Origin: Pseudoalteromonas translucida KMM 520
GTDB taxonomy: Bacteria; Pseudomonadota; Gammaproteobacteria; Enterobacterales; Alteromonadaceae
Length of the DNA stretch: 32,000 nt
Assembly: GCF_001465295.1 (NCBI RefSeq)
Contig: NZ_CP011034.1
Span: 2,280,001-2,312,000 of the forward strand
Direction of reading: 5' to 3'
Shown here: piece after piece, positions 17,979 to 27,800 of the stretch
Layout: every line of letters starts with the position of its first letter
How positions within the stretch are numbered: the first letter of the stretch is position 1
Position numbers and translations under genes: made by a program
The notes under the pieces: model-generated
What the model was told of the DNA's origin: nothing
What the model saw: the letters and a program-made list of their open reading frames with translations, nothing else
The model's database searches: none

Positions 17979-18962
17979 ATGAAACCTATCGAGAAAGCAA
18001 AAGCACAAAAGCTTGTGCTTAAGCTAGAATCTGGCAACTTCGACGAAAACGATATCGATAATATCTTCATGCGTTTGAGGGCATACTCTCATGGAAATCG
18101 GATATTTCGTGAAATCGCCGACTTCGTTGCTCACAATGATGAGAGGAATCAAGGGATATCGGTTGAGTCATTAGAGGCATTTTATCTAAGTTTTAAATAC
18201 TTTCTAGAGTATGTCTCACCGAAGAAATCGCTAGACATAGGAAGCCCGTTTCCACTTTACGTGAAAAAATTGATGAAATATCAGATTGATAAGTGCAAGG
18301 ACGCAGATCTGAAAGAAAAGTTTAATGTTACTAAGCAGCGCTTAAAATCAAGAGTTGATTCAATTTTTTCTGAAGACAAGAAAAATAAAAAAGCCTTTAT
18401 GAAGAAGCCGAAAATATCTGACGACACGATTGGAGCGCTTCAGCACATATTAGGTTTCATAGGTAGCCACCCTGCTTTCGATCAAGAGCAAGTGATTTTA
18501 GAGCTTCTAGCAGTAATCAAAGCGAATAAACTGCATGTAAATGAAGCTGAATTACTAAAGCATTCTGACAAAATAGCTGCTTGTGTAGCACTTCTCTTGC
18601 ATGACGCCACGTTTGAATATGGAGGTCACAAGCAGGGTTTCTGTAAGATCTCTTGCGAGAAGACATCTATATCTTACAATCAGAAATTTGTAGATAAAGA
18701 CGGGAACCCATCAGAGCATAAAGAATCATTTGGCAATATTCAAGTTCAAGGTCACGTAGTATTAGAGAAAGATGGAAAAGATCTAACAGTATGTTATCCA
18801 TTGATGACAACGAACCTATCCGTGGAGGACTGGTGCGATGACGATATGTTTGTTGTTGAGCCAATCACTGAAGATCACCCAAACTACTTACATAGAAAAG
18901 TTATCTTTGATCAAGATCTTTGTTTTACTGAGGGCGGTAAAATTGGGGTGATCCATACCTAA
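17979..18962 (+). CDS. Hypothetical protein (327 aa), no motif recognised
   Basis: Long ORF with GGGAAAA upstream of the ATG and AT-rich cargo-type composition. I recognise no catalytic or binding motif. Confidence 0.6.
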   Translation: MKPIEKAKAQKLVLKLESGNFDENDIDNIFMRLRAYSHGNRIFREIADFVAHNDERNQGISVESLEAFYLSFKYFLEYVSPKKSLDIGSPFPLYVKKLMKYQIDKCKDADLKEKFNVTKQRLKSRVDSIFSEDKKNKKAFMKKPKISDDTIGALQHILGFIGSHPAFDQEQVILELLAVIKANKLHVNEAELLKHSDKIAACVALLLHDATFEYGGHKQGFCKISCEKTSISYNQKFVDKDGNPSEHKESFGNIQVQGHVVLEKDGKDLTVCYPLMTTNLSVEDWCDDDMFVVEPITEDHPNYLHRKVIFDQDLCFTEGGKIGVIHT

Positions 18963-19132
18963 CGCCCGCAACACCAATGTCTGATATTGGCACAAAGCCG
19001 TCCTTTGGCTCTAACTCATCTTTGTCCAAAAATGAGTTTACCCGACCATCTGCTTCTCGCTCTAACTCGAATATCAGCTGGATAGTAGAGGTGCTATTAT
19101 TAAATATAACCTTTTCTGGCTTTGAGGTATCT

Positions 19133-19582
19133 ATGCCTAGCGATATTCAACCTAGTGCTAATAATAAATTTGTAGATATACTTAGCAATGGAAAAGTTAA
19201 TTTAAGCTCAAACCCTTTAGATGAAATTGAATTAATTCAGCGTGGTTTAGATATAAAAAGTGTTGAGAAATTTAGGCTTGAGTTAGATTGGGATATTCAA
19301 TCCTTTGCTAAAGCAATTGGTACAAATACTAGAATTTTCGAACGTCATAAAAAAGAGCATAAACGTTTAAATGCAACTTTGAGCGAAAATACCTTTGAGT
19401 TGGCTCATTTAGCATCAACTTGTATTGATTACTTTGAAAATATTGAACGATGGAATAAATGGCTAAATACATGCTCCTTACAATTTAGCTCTAAAACACC
19501 TTTAACATTTGTAAATACAATTGCGGGTAGAAGGTTAATTAGGAACGTTGTTAATAGCCTTAAACACGGTTATAACGCTTAA
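19133..19582 (+). CDS. Xre-like/DUF2384 (MbcA/ParS-type) antitoxin-like protein
   Basis: I prefer the ATG at 19133 (GAGG 7 nt upstream) over the track start at 18977, which adds low-complexity sequence. The HTH-like middle (DIQSFAKAIGTNTRIFERHKK) and the C-terminus (TPLTFVNTIAGRRLIRNVVNSLKHGY) resemble the DUF2384 toxin-binding domain. Confidence 0.55.
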   Translation: MPSDIQPSANNKFVDILSNGKVNLSSNPLDEIELIQRGLDIKSVEKFRLELDWDIQSFAKAIGTNTRIFERHKKEHKRLNATLSENTFELAHLASTCIDYFENIERWNKWLNTCSLQFSSKTPLTFVNTIAGRRLIRNVVNSLKHGYNA

Positions 19583-19613
19583 AAAGACCCCAGCGTTTGC
19601 TGAGATCTTTTTA

Positions 19614-19762
19614 TTTACCCTCTGCCTTTTCGGCAGTTAAAAGTTACAATTTGTGGTTGTTTACTTCCCGGCCTAACTTCAGCTGCCTACTCGGCAGTTC
19701 ACACTTAGCGGAGTTGACGTCAAAAATTCTAAATATTTCCAGCTGCCTACTCGGCAGTTCAC
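19614..19762 (-). CRISPR. Type I-F CRISPR array with 3 repeats and 2 spacers, transcribed on the minus strand from a ~117-bp AT-rich leader below cas6f
   Basis: Minus-strand sense. R1 19762-19735 is GTGAACTGCCGAGTAGGCAGCTGGAAAT. Spacer 1 19734-19703 (32 nt) is ATTTAGAATTTTTGACGTCAACTCCGCTAAGT. R2 19702-19675 is GTGAACTGCCGAGTAGGCAGCTGAAGTT. Spacer 2 19674-19642 (32-33 nt) is AGGCCGGGAAGTAAACAACCACAAATTGTAACT. R3 19641-19614 is TTTAACTGCCGAAAAGGCAGAGGGTAAA, which is divergent. The repeat closely resembles the Tn6677 repeat GTGAACTGCCGAGTAGGTAGCTGATAAC as I recall it. Confidence 0.9.
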
Positions 19763-19879
19763 TATTAAAAATAGTTTAAATTCCTATAAACACCAAACTG
19801 TTAAACGTATTTAAATTATTTACCCTTATTTTTAATCAATCAGATAACTCATTGAAAATTAATGGGTGTTTTAAAACTA

Positions 19880-20482
19880 TTATAAAAGGGTATTTAAAGA
19901 AGGAACCGTACCTAGAAATATTTGATTTGTAGCAAAGCCATAATTGTTAAACTGATTTTTTATGGATTCAGCATTTTCATTTTTTTGTATATGCAAAACA
20001 TAACTTTGACCATTGCCTTTGCTTGATACGGGTATTGAATGAAAATGGCCTATGTCCTTTGCCTCAAATTTATATTCAGGGTTGTAAACTTCGCCTCTGG
20101 CTTCAGCTCGTTTTTTAGCTCGCTTTAATCGCCTTTGCTTTTCGCCAACAAATGCTTTTGCTACCGATTGGTTGCGAACAAACATGACTTCGCTTTGGTT
20201 TACTGGTACTTCAAGTATTTTTGATAAGCCAAATAACTTGTCATGAGCCATCATCTCAAAATAGCTTTGCTGAGATAGATTGGTTAATTGCTTTTTATTT
20301 GTTGATACAAACGCTAATTCATTACCTATTGTTTGCTCATTCCATTTAGGAAAGCACACACCAATATTACTTATTTCACGTGAGCTCATAAACCCATGCA
20401 AAATACCGATACAACGCCCAGCAAGAAGGCTTACATCACAACTTTGGGGTAAATAAGTAATGGTAAAATAATAGCGCTTCAA
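19880..20482 (-). CDS. cas6f: Cas6f (Csy4) crRNA endoribonuclease, CAST type
   Basis: 200 aa. The N-terminus MKRYYFTITYLPQ...CIGILHGF...NIGVCFPKW parallels the Vibrio Tn6677 Cas6 (MKWYYKTITFLPE...LHGF...NIGVSFPLW). There is a 4-nt ATGA overlap with cas7f, and the gene is followed by the array. Confidence 0.85.
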   Translation of the reverse strand: MKRYYFTITYLPQSCDVSLLAGRCIGILHGFMSSREISNIGVCFPKWNEQTIGNELAFVSTNKKQLTNLSQQSYFEMMAHDKLFGLSKILEVPVNQSEVMFVRNQSVAKAFVGEKQRRLKRAKKRAEARGEVYNPEYKFEAKDIGHFHSIPVSSKGNGQSYVLHIQKNENAESIKNQFNNYGFATNQIFLGTVPSLNTLL

Positions 20483-21507
20483 CCTTTACTCCTTTGAAAC
20501 AAGCCACCTTTGATCAGCACTGCCGCAATAAAGTGAATTGAGTTTGATTGTTCACTTTGCTCTAAACCATGCTTTTCCATGTGTTTAATATGCAAAGCAA
20601 TGCGCGGGAGTAATGAATAAAAGTCTGAATGGCTCTTAGGTGTTCTGTGTGCAACTAATATTTGCTTATCTGCGCCATACTCGTGAGTGCGTAAAGGTTT
20701 GTAACCTTCCTCATACCAATCATCAATAGTTTGGATAGCAGCCCCTACTTTTTGTGAATTCAAACTTGCTGCTTTTTTATCGCCTACTTGAGTATATGCA
20801 AGTTGTTTAGATGACATACCTTGTTCAACATTATCTACAAACTTTTGACTAGGATGAACCTCTTGGCTAAATGCATTTTTAATTTTTGCGGTTATATCTA
20901 AATAACAATAATTTTGAGGATTGCTTAGCCCTTCTTGAATAGATTCTGACAACGTTAATAATGCCGTTTGATTATTTTGCCAGTTGCCTTGCCATTTTAG
21001 TTTTTGTGCACCTTCAACAACAATCGGGGCTGCGTGCTCAGTAAGGATTTCAATATCAACATTTGGTGATTGGCGGTTACGCCAAAGCCAGTTGCCCATC
21101 AGTATATTTTTAGCATAGCGCGTTGCAACTTCATTAAGGCCATTGTGTTTTTTATAGGTTTCGAAAAACCGTTTTAACCAATAAATAACTTTAGGGTCAT
21201 CACATACATGTGGCTCAATACAATTAGCCTCAACCCTGAGTGAAAAACGACAAAATAGCTCATTTACCGTTGGAGGTACATAACACACATCAATTGTTTG
21301 AGGGTTTCCAAACGCGAGATCTTGTGGCGCTAAATTTTTAGCCACATTTTGCTTTTGATACGCATCGCCAAACCCTGACTTCTGCCCAACTAATTTATTT
21401 TGCTCTATTTGTAGCGGTTCAAAGTCAGACTCTGGTGTTTTATAAAAAAACACCGCTTTACTGGGTGAGAGCGAACGCGTGTAACTTAAGTGCCGAGGTA
21501 ATTGCAT
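20479..21507 (-). CDS. cas7f: Cas7f (Csy3) backbone subunit
   Basis: 342 aa. The N-terminus MQLPRHLSYTRSLSPSKAVFF and the C-terminus ..HFIAAVLIKGGLFQRSKG parallel Tn6677 Cas7 (MKLPTNLAYERSIDPSDVCFF ... HFLMANLIKGGMFQHKGD). Confidence 0.85.
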   Translation of the reverse strand: MQLPRHLSYTRSLSPSKAVFFYKTPESDFEPLQIEQNKLVGQKSGFGDAYQKQNVAKNLAPQDLAFGNPQTIDVCYVPPTVNELFCRFSLRVEANCIEPHVCDDPKVIYWLKRFFETYKKHNGLNEVATRYAKNILMGNWLWRNRQSPNVDIEILTEHAAPIVVEGAQKLKWQGNWQNNQTALLTLSESIQEGLSNPQNYCYLDITAKIKNAFSQEVHPSQKFVDNVEQGMSSKQLAYTQVGDKKAASLNSQKVGAAIQTIDDWYEEGYKPLRTHEYGADKQILVAHRTPKSHSDFYSLLPRIALHIKHMEKHGLEQSEQSNSIHFIAAVLIKGGLFQRSKG

Positions 21508-23558
21508 TATTCATACTCAAACTTAGACTTTTTCATAAGCATAGACTCTTTTTGAACATCCATAACCCAAAATGCGTCATGAAAGAACTGCTTAGCCCCT
21601 GCGTACTTTACTGATGTATTGCTAACACACTCTAACAGCCCAATTACGGGCTCTGCATAACAATGGTATTCATGTAATGCTGCATCTCGCTTTACGGGTT
21701 CTTCAAGCGCAGCCAAGCCAATTGCAGCGGGTCTTAAATTAAAGTTACTGTTAAGGGCATCAATTAATTGTTCAAAACTTTTAACTACTTTTTTTGAAGG
21801 ATATAACCAACTGCCATTTGACGATTTTGCTTTAAGTTTTTTAAACAGCTCGCTCGGTTTGGTATGTACATGGCACCAGTCAATATTTTGATATAACGAA
21901 GGTGGATGCATAGTCCCGCCTGCAAATGAAGACGGTAGTGCGGGCTTTATAAGCTGACTATTTAACTTATCTAACAGCTCAGTATTTGGTACAAAAAGTC
22001 TAAATACTAAATCGAGTGTTATGTCACATTTTGGTTTATCGATAATTCCAGATCTTATTACATGACTACGCCCTGCAACTTGTTTTAACTTGCTTGGCTC
22101 AGGTAATGGTTTACCTGTATGTAATTGATAGTTTTCAATGTAAATAGCACTGCCAATACACTTAATTGAAGGGTCTATAAAGTTTTTTAGCTTACGCTCA
22201 AAGTTATGAGCAAGCCCATTTAAAGCAGTAAGTGACGGCATGCCTTGAATATACGGATTAGCCATTGCCTCAGCATCAAACACTCGCATATCTTGGCAAT
22301 GTACATACACTATCTGCTCATCATTTAATATTTCTTGTTCAGCTGCACAGTGAGTAAATACATAGTTTAACTGCGCTTTAAACAGTCCCATTAAATTAGG
22401 GTGATACGCAAAGCGTTTGAGCTTACTTAAATTACCAAGGCTCTCATTTAGTACGTTACTAAATTGGCTAATACAGTTAGTAATACTCTGATCTAAGTAA
22501 TGCCTTACCCACTCAGGGTAAACTTGGTTTTGCGCGTTATTTTTAGCTTCAAGAATATTATCAAGCCATAACTGCAAGCTAACACGTACTTGCCTAATAG
22601 CCGCTACTCGCGCTAATCGTTTTTGCCTTAACGTATTAAACTGTTTAATGCCTACCAACACCAAAAGCGCCTGTTGAAATTGACTACTTAATAGCGCACG
22701 AATTTTAAATGCTTTCTCAATATCATTATTGGCTACTTTAGAGCGGTTAACAGCCTTTGAATATGTTTTAGGAAAGTAACGCAGCACTCTTATATTGCCG
22801 CCTACTGAGCTTGCTAAATCGCCAACATTGGCAGGTCTTGAGTGCTCAACTAAAGCAAAATTTAACTTACGATCTGTTGTTAATTGCTGAATTTTAGCCA
22901 GCATTGCGTGGCTTACTACAGGCGTAACCACAAGGTAGCTTTGCTGAAATGGCATTTGTAATTGTGGTGAAAAAGAGCTTACTTCTAATGGGAACTCTGC
23001 CACTGGCAACTGCTGTTTTATTTTACCCGAGATTTCTAAAACCGCCTTTTTAGTAAACCCGTATGCTCTTATTAAATTAATCCAAACAGGCTCTTCATTA
23101 ATTAACAGCCTTGCTAAACAAGTCACTTCACCTTGCCAATTAAACGAGGTTAAAAATAGCTTTGCATGATTAATTTCAGCACTGTTGTGCGACCAGCCAA
23201 AACTTAAAGGTAATGACCGGCTGCAAATGCCCGCAATATCTTCACTTACAACTTCACTAATTAAACGTTGATGGCTTACTCGTATATCGGGGTATTTTAA
23301 ATTATGAGTATGAAACCATTTCACTTCGTTAATGCACTTACTCAGTAACACTTCATCGCGTAGTACACTTTTAGCAGTTCTTGCACTTGTTAAATCATCA
23401 ATCTCACTTCGCTTATAAACAAGATTAATGAGCACAGTCAGCGCTAGTTCTTCAAAGCCATCTACCTCGACATGAGACGTGTATGGAACGAACAATTTTC
23501 TAAGTGCTGTGGTTTTTTCTTTTAGTGGTTCAATTGCAAGTGCATCTTGTAAGTTCAT
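21507..23558 (-). CDS. cas8f: Cas8f/Cas5f natural fusion (large subunit of the I-F3 Cascade)
   Basis: 683 aa. The N-terminus ..KLFVPYTSHVEVDGFEELALTVLINL.. parallels Tn6677 Cas8 (..RAFRPLTPHIAIDGNELDALTILVNL..). No separate cas5 is present. There is a TAATG overlap with cas7f. Confidence 0.8.
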   Translation of the reverse strand: MNLQDALAIEPLKEKTTALRKLFVPYTSHVEVDGFEELALTVLINLVYKRSEIDDLTSARTAKSVLRDEVLLSKCINEVKWFHTHNLKYPDIRVSHQRLISEVVSEDIAGICSRSLPLSFGWSHNSAEINHAKLFLTSFNWQGEVTCLARLLINEEPVWINLIRAYGFTKKAVLEISGKIKQQLPVAEFPLEVSSFSPQLQMPFQQSYLVVTPVVSHAMLAKIQQLTTDRKLNFALVEHSRPANVGDLASSVGGNIRVLRYFPKTYSKAVNRSKVANNDIEKAFKIRALLSSQFQQALLVLVGIKQFNTLRQKRLARVAAIRQVRVSLQLWLDNILEAKNNAQNQVYPEWVRHYLDQSITNCISQFSNVLNESLGNLSKLKRFAYHPNLMGLFKAQLNYVFTHCAAEQEILNDEQIVYVHCQDMRVFDAEAMANPYIQGMPSLTALNGLAHNFERKLKNFIDPSIKCIGSAIYIENYQLHTGKPLPEPSKLKQVAGRSHVIRSGIIDKPKCDITLDLVFRLFVPNTELLDKLNSQLIKPALPSSFAGGTMHPPSLYQNIDWCHVHTKPSELFKKLKAKSSNGSWLYPSKKVVKSFEQLIDALNSNFNLRPAAIGLAALEEPVKRDAALHEYHCYAEPVIGLLECVSNTSVKYAGAKQFFHDAFWVMDVQKESMLMKKSKFEYE

Positions 23559-23561
23559 AAG

Positions 23562-24743
23562 TTACCACGGCGCTATAAATTGTTTTTTTGTTAGAGGCTT
23601 TTCAGCTGCGAATGCTTGTTGTAGTTCAATCACTTGGCGTAAATAAAATACATGGCTATCAGCTCTGAGCTGTTCGTGCTTTTTTTGTGAATAAGCACAG
23701 TTTAAAAAGGCTTCTTGATGAAGCCTGTAAACTTGCTCTGTAGTAGTGTTTAACAATACTGCGGCATCAAAAGTACAAAGCAGTAAGTCACCAATATTTG
23801 GATGTTTAGCTTTAGGGTTACTATCAACTAATTCGACAAAATAACTAATAATCTCATCAATTACTTTGTTTTTCCGGTTACTTGTTGCAGCTATTTGACC
23901 ATCACGGATTAAATCGCCATAAACAGAGCTGAACTTAGTTTTATTAAAAGGGTTAAGTTGCTTGAGTCGCGCATTATTTGTGAGTAAATCTAATTCAGTG
24001 GTAAGGCTTTCAGGCCAAGTATTAAAGTAATCAACAAAAGCGCAGTTAAAGTCTGCATCACTTACATCAAGTTGCTTAACCTTCGCAAACCACGATATCA
24101 ACCCTACTATTTTTTGGCTGTTACTACTTGCAAGCGCAATTGCAATTTTAAAGTCTGCATCGTTTAACTGTTCACTATTGGTTATTTTACAACCGCAAAC
24201 ACACTCTAAAAACGCCTCAGAGGCTCTGTAATCAATTAAGTCATAGCACTCCTTACAACGTGTAATTAATTGTGACTTATGCTTATGACACGCCTTATAG
24301 GGCTTTAAATGCCAATAAAAGGGAATATGGGAAGATTCAGACAAGCATTTAATGCAAACAGGTATGTTATCAGTACGAAGTAGCTCAAGGGGAATAGCCA
24401 GTTCATTTCGACTTACTGCGGCAAGGTTGCCAAATTTAAAATTACTGCGCCTCCAAGCAAGTGCAAGAATGTCACCAGCGTTTACATCTGCTAATTGAGC
24501 AACCAACTTAAGCGCTCTTATTCTAAAGCTGCTCGCTTGCCTAGCATGATAAACATCAACTTTACTCAGCGCTAACGGCAGCGCACCTTCAAGCTCATTA
24601 TCTTGCTCTGCAAGCCATTGCCACAAAATATCAGCAAGCTCACTATAGCCATTGTATGAGTTATCCCTTGCAAGCCTCAGCAAATAGCTTTCAAGCGCCT
24701 CATCTGGGTAAGATTTTGTTTGAACTAAAAAATGCATCGCCAA
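23562..24743 (-). CDS. tniQ: TniQ (TnsD-family target selector of the CAST)
   Basis: 393 aa. The N-terminus P.EALESYLLRLARDNSY matches the TniQ fold signature (DESLESFFIRVA..NGY). Has a Cys-rich zinc-finger region (CIKCL...CHKH...CKEC) and a C-terminal ..APW. Lies 3 bp upstream of cas8f. The start may be the TTG at 24743 or the ATG at 24737. Confidence 0.85.
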   Translation of the reverse strand: MAMHFLVQTKSYPDEALESYLLRLARDNSYNGYSELADILWQWLAEQDNELEGALPLALSKVDVYHARQASSFRIRALKLVAQLADVNAGDILALAWRRSNFKFGNLAAVSRNELAIPLELLRTDNIPVCIKCLSESSHIPFYWHLKPYKACHKHKSQLITRCKECYDLIDYRASEAFLECVCGCKITNSEQLNDADFKIAIALASSNSQKIVGLISWFAKVKQLDVSDADFNCAFVDYFNTWPESLTTELDLLTNNARLKQLNPFNKTKFSSVYGDLIRDGQIAATSNRKNKVIDEIISYFVELVDSNPKAKHPNIGDLLLCTFDAAVLLNTTTEQVYRLHQEAFLNCAYSQKKHEQLRADSHVFYLRQVIELQQAFAAEKPLTKKQFIAPW

Positions 24744-24770
24744 CCTAAACTAAGAAAATCTTAGTTTAGG
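24744..24770 (-). promoter_or_regulatory. Perfect 11-bp inverted repeat CCTAAACTAAG aaaat CTTAGTTTAGG abutting the tniQ start (candidate Xre operator and/or RBS-occluding hairpin)
   Basis: Read directly from the sequence. The core CTAAG-N5-CTTAG recurs in the xre promoter at 29242-29256. A TTGACC -35-like hexamer lies at 24798-24793. Confidence 0.4.
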
Positions 24771-24811
24771 TTTAGATTAAAAGTAATACTTAGGTCAAGC
24801 TTAAAGAGAAA

Positions 24812-27800
24812 TTAATCTTTTGAAACATCTAAAACAAATATATCAATCAGCCCTACAAGATTTTTAGGTAAGTCATTTTCTAATTTTGCTTTAAGTTCAT
24901 CTGCGCTTTTCAAGCCATGCTGCTTTCTATTCGCTACCTTTTCTTCAGCCCCAAACCAAATAACAAGATAAATACCTTGTCCTTCAGCGTCAGGATGAAT
25001 TGAATATCTTTCAGCCAGTTGGTTTCCTGCTGCTGAAAACAGTTCTGTATGCCACTGCCCTTTAGCTTCAATCACAAGTAATCTTCGAATACCATCCATT
25101 ACTTTGGAGGCAGTAATATCAATTCTATTTTTATCTTTTGTTTGATGCTCTGCATTGATAACTATACTGTCTGCTTCTAAGCGAGGCTTCAAATAGTCTG
25201 CAATAATTTCTACTGAGCTAACTTCGTCAAGTCGAACTCCGCCTTGAGAATAAAAACGATTTCCAGGGTTAAACTCCCCACCTTTAATATCTTTTTGATA
25301 TTTATCTAGCTCATACAAGACTCTATCTCTAAGTCCTTCAACTGTAACAATCTCACAATTATCCAAAAGGTCTATAACCTTTGAAATATTTGGAGGAATA
25401 AAGTTTCTCATAGCTAAAGCACGAATTTGATTTGCTCTCATACTTTTAAGGTTTTGGCACATAACCTGAAAACGAGAGTCCTCAATTAACTGTTCAATAA
25501 TATGAATTGTTCTCTCAGAAGCGTCCAATTCAATTTGCCAAGATATATCAACCAGAAATCGATATGCTCTTTCTCCGTCAGGGCTAGAAGTGCCATATGA
25601 GGAAGGCAAGTTAACTTGTGGCCAATCTTCAATAAAGCGATCTAATAATAGATATATTTTATCACTAGATAAACTTGGAAAAGTATCGCGGCTTCCTGAG
25701 TTTAAACTACTTGATATTCCCTCGAATAAAAATATTGAGCTTTTCTTCTGAGTAAGGAAATTAAAAAGCTTTTGGGAATCGCATAAATTCAAAAAATAAA
25801 AAGCTCTTAAAAACCAAAATTGTATGATTTTCTCTTCAGACTTATCTATATGAGGTGACTCAATTCGACCCAGCCATTCATCGCAACGAATTAAGATCAA
25901 ACCTTTAAGCTGTTCTTTATCACCATAATGAACGGCTAAATCAAATAAAATATCCAACGCATAATAGCTCAGGCCAGAATACTTGTTTAACCACTCTAAG
26001 GGTAAATTGGCTTTAAATTCACTAAATATTTCATCGTCTCTTAGTACTTCTACTTCAGGGTGTTCGCATTTAAACTTGTCTAATTGAGGCTCAACATACT
26101 CTTTTAAGTAATTTTCTTTGGAAGTTACATCAGGAAATAACAAACGATCAATTTCACACTTAAGAAGACCACGTTCATCTTCAGTTACTGCGTCATAATA
26201 AATATTACATCTAGTTTTCACAGCAGTAAGTATTTGCTTACTAATATTGCCTAGATTCCCCTGCATACGTATTGTTTCTATACACAAAGCATACAAAACC
26301 GTTTCAATAAGTAACCACTGCGATAGACTCCTCAACTCAGCAAGTTTCCTTAAATCAGGTACGTCAGGAGCAATCAGGCTAGTGCAGTTTTTTAATGAAG
26401 TTCTCACCAGTTCTTCATCACCAAACTCTTTTTGTATATTTTCAGGTTCAAATAACAAACACTCTGAAAAATTAACTAACCACCCGAAATGCCCTCCAGA
26501 TTCGATTAAAGCGCGGTTTCTCTGAATAAAGCTAATGTTGTCTGCACGATTTTTGCTCTCACATTTTTTGTTCTTTCTATCTAGTCTATTAAACTTCGAA
26601 TTTCGTTTTCGTATCTGTAATCCAATAGAGTAATCTGTATTATTTGCTTTTGCCCACTCTCGCATAAATTCTAGCTTTTGATTAGCATGTTTACGCATGA
26701 TACTGCGTATCTGATTATTCAACTTGAGCTTATTATGCTGAAAGTAATAATGCCTCGTAATAAAAGTCGACCACAGTTCTAAATTGTTTTCTTCAAATGC
26801 TAAATTGATTAGGTATTCAATATCTTCAACGGAAAAACATAATCCAGAATGCGCACCGCAATATGGTTCAAACCTACTTTGTTTCAGATCGTAGATTTTT
26901 TTACGTTCAGTTATACCAGAAAAAGCGGTTTTAAAAAGTCCTTGTCTTAAGTCTTTATTTTCTCTGATTGCTTTTACAGACTTACAGAAATTATCACTTC
27001 CTTCCCTGTGATAATTTAAGTTTTTTAGCCATCCCCATATCTGTTCTGGGTTATATGGGAGGCTAGTAATATCAAAGTAATGATCGAGTAATTTACCTAC
27101 AAGCTTACTTATCCCGTCTCTACAAAAACACTCATAGTACTCTTTGCCACAACTGCAAGTTAACTCATCAGTTAAAAAATTTAATAATCGTTCTGTATTT
27201 TCAGCACTTAAAGTCCATACCAATTTATTGATGAAATATCGATTACCTTGTAACCGTCTATCATCTAGTGAGGTTTTTTCAGTAGGGTAGAGATTTGAAC
27301 ATGCTCGAAAGAAGCGTTTTAGTATGCCTAAATCAATAGAGTTAGCACCTAAGAATTCAATTCCTTTAGCTGCGATGTTTAGAGAGGTATTACTAGACTC
27401 AGATATTAATGTTTCGAGTATTTTAATATCATCAGAATCAATAAGCGAAAACAAACATTCCATAGCAAGCCTTCGAGTATCTAATCTCTCATTAGGTTCA
27501 AATAGTATGTTTATGAGATTGGGGGATAAGTGCTCAATAACCTGAGATTCTTTGATTATAGTTAATACTAAGTCTCGTAAATGCCCATCACTTTTATTTT
27601 CTAAAATTGGCTTAATATCTTCAGCCATATTTTTATCAAAAAAACCAACTGTACTGTATCGCCGCCAAAAATCACCTCTTCTAAAATACGGGTCATTTTT
27701 TTCAATTTGTGTTAACTGTGATAAAAGCAGCCTTTTAGATGAGCGATCAAGTTGTGAGGGGTCTCCATTAGCTAGCACAGCATAAGGATCAAGCTTTATA

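Noticed and set aside
18977-19132. N-terminal extension of the DUF2384-like ORF, and an ~85-codon start-less frame on the opposite strand
   Set aside because: The extension is S/N-rich with no RBS, whereas the ATG at 19133 has GAGG upstream. The antisense frame has no start codon and no convincing motif.
19642-19734. Self-targeting of either spacer within this window
   Set aside because: By eye I found no match longer than about 7 nt to either spacer on either strand in the 32 kb. The expected homing target would lie beyond the right end, outside the window.
19597-19779. 60-aa plus-strand ORF
   Set aside because: It is the CRISPR array read as protein; the repeated SCLLGSS segments are the repeats.
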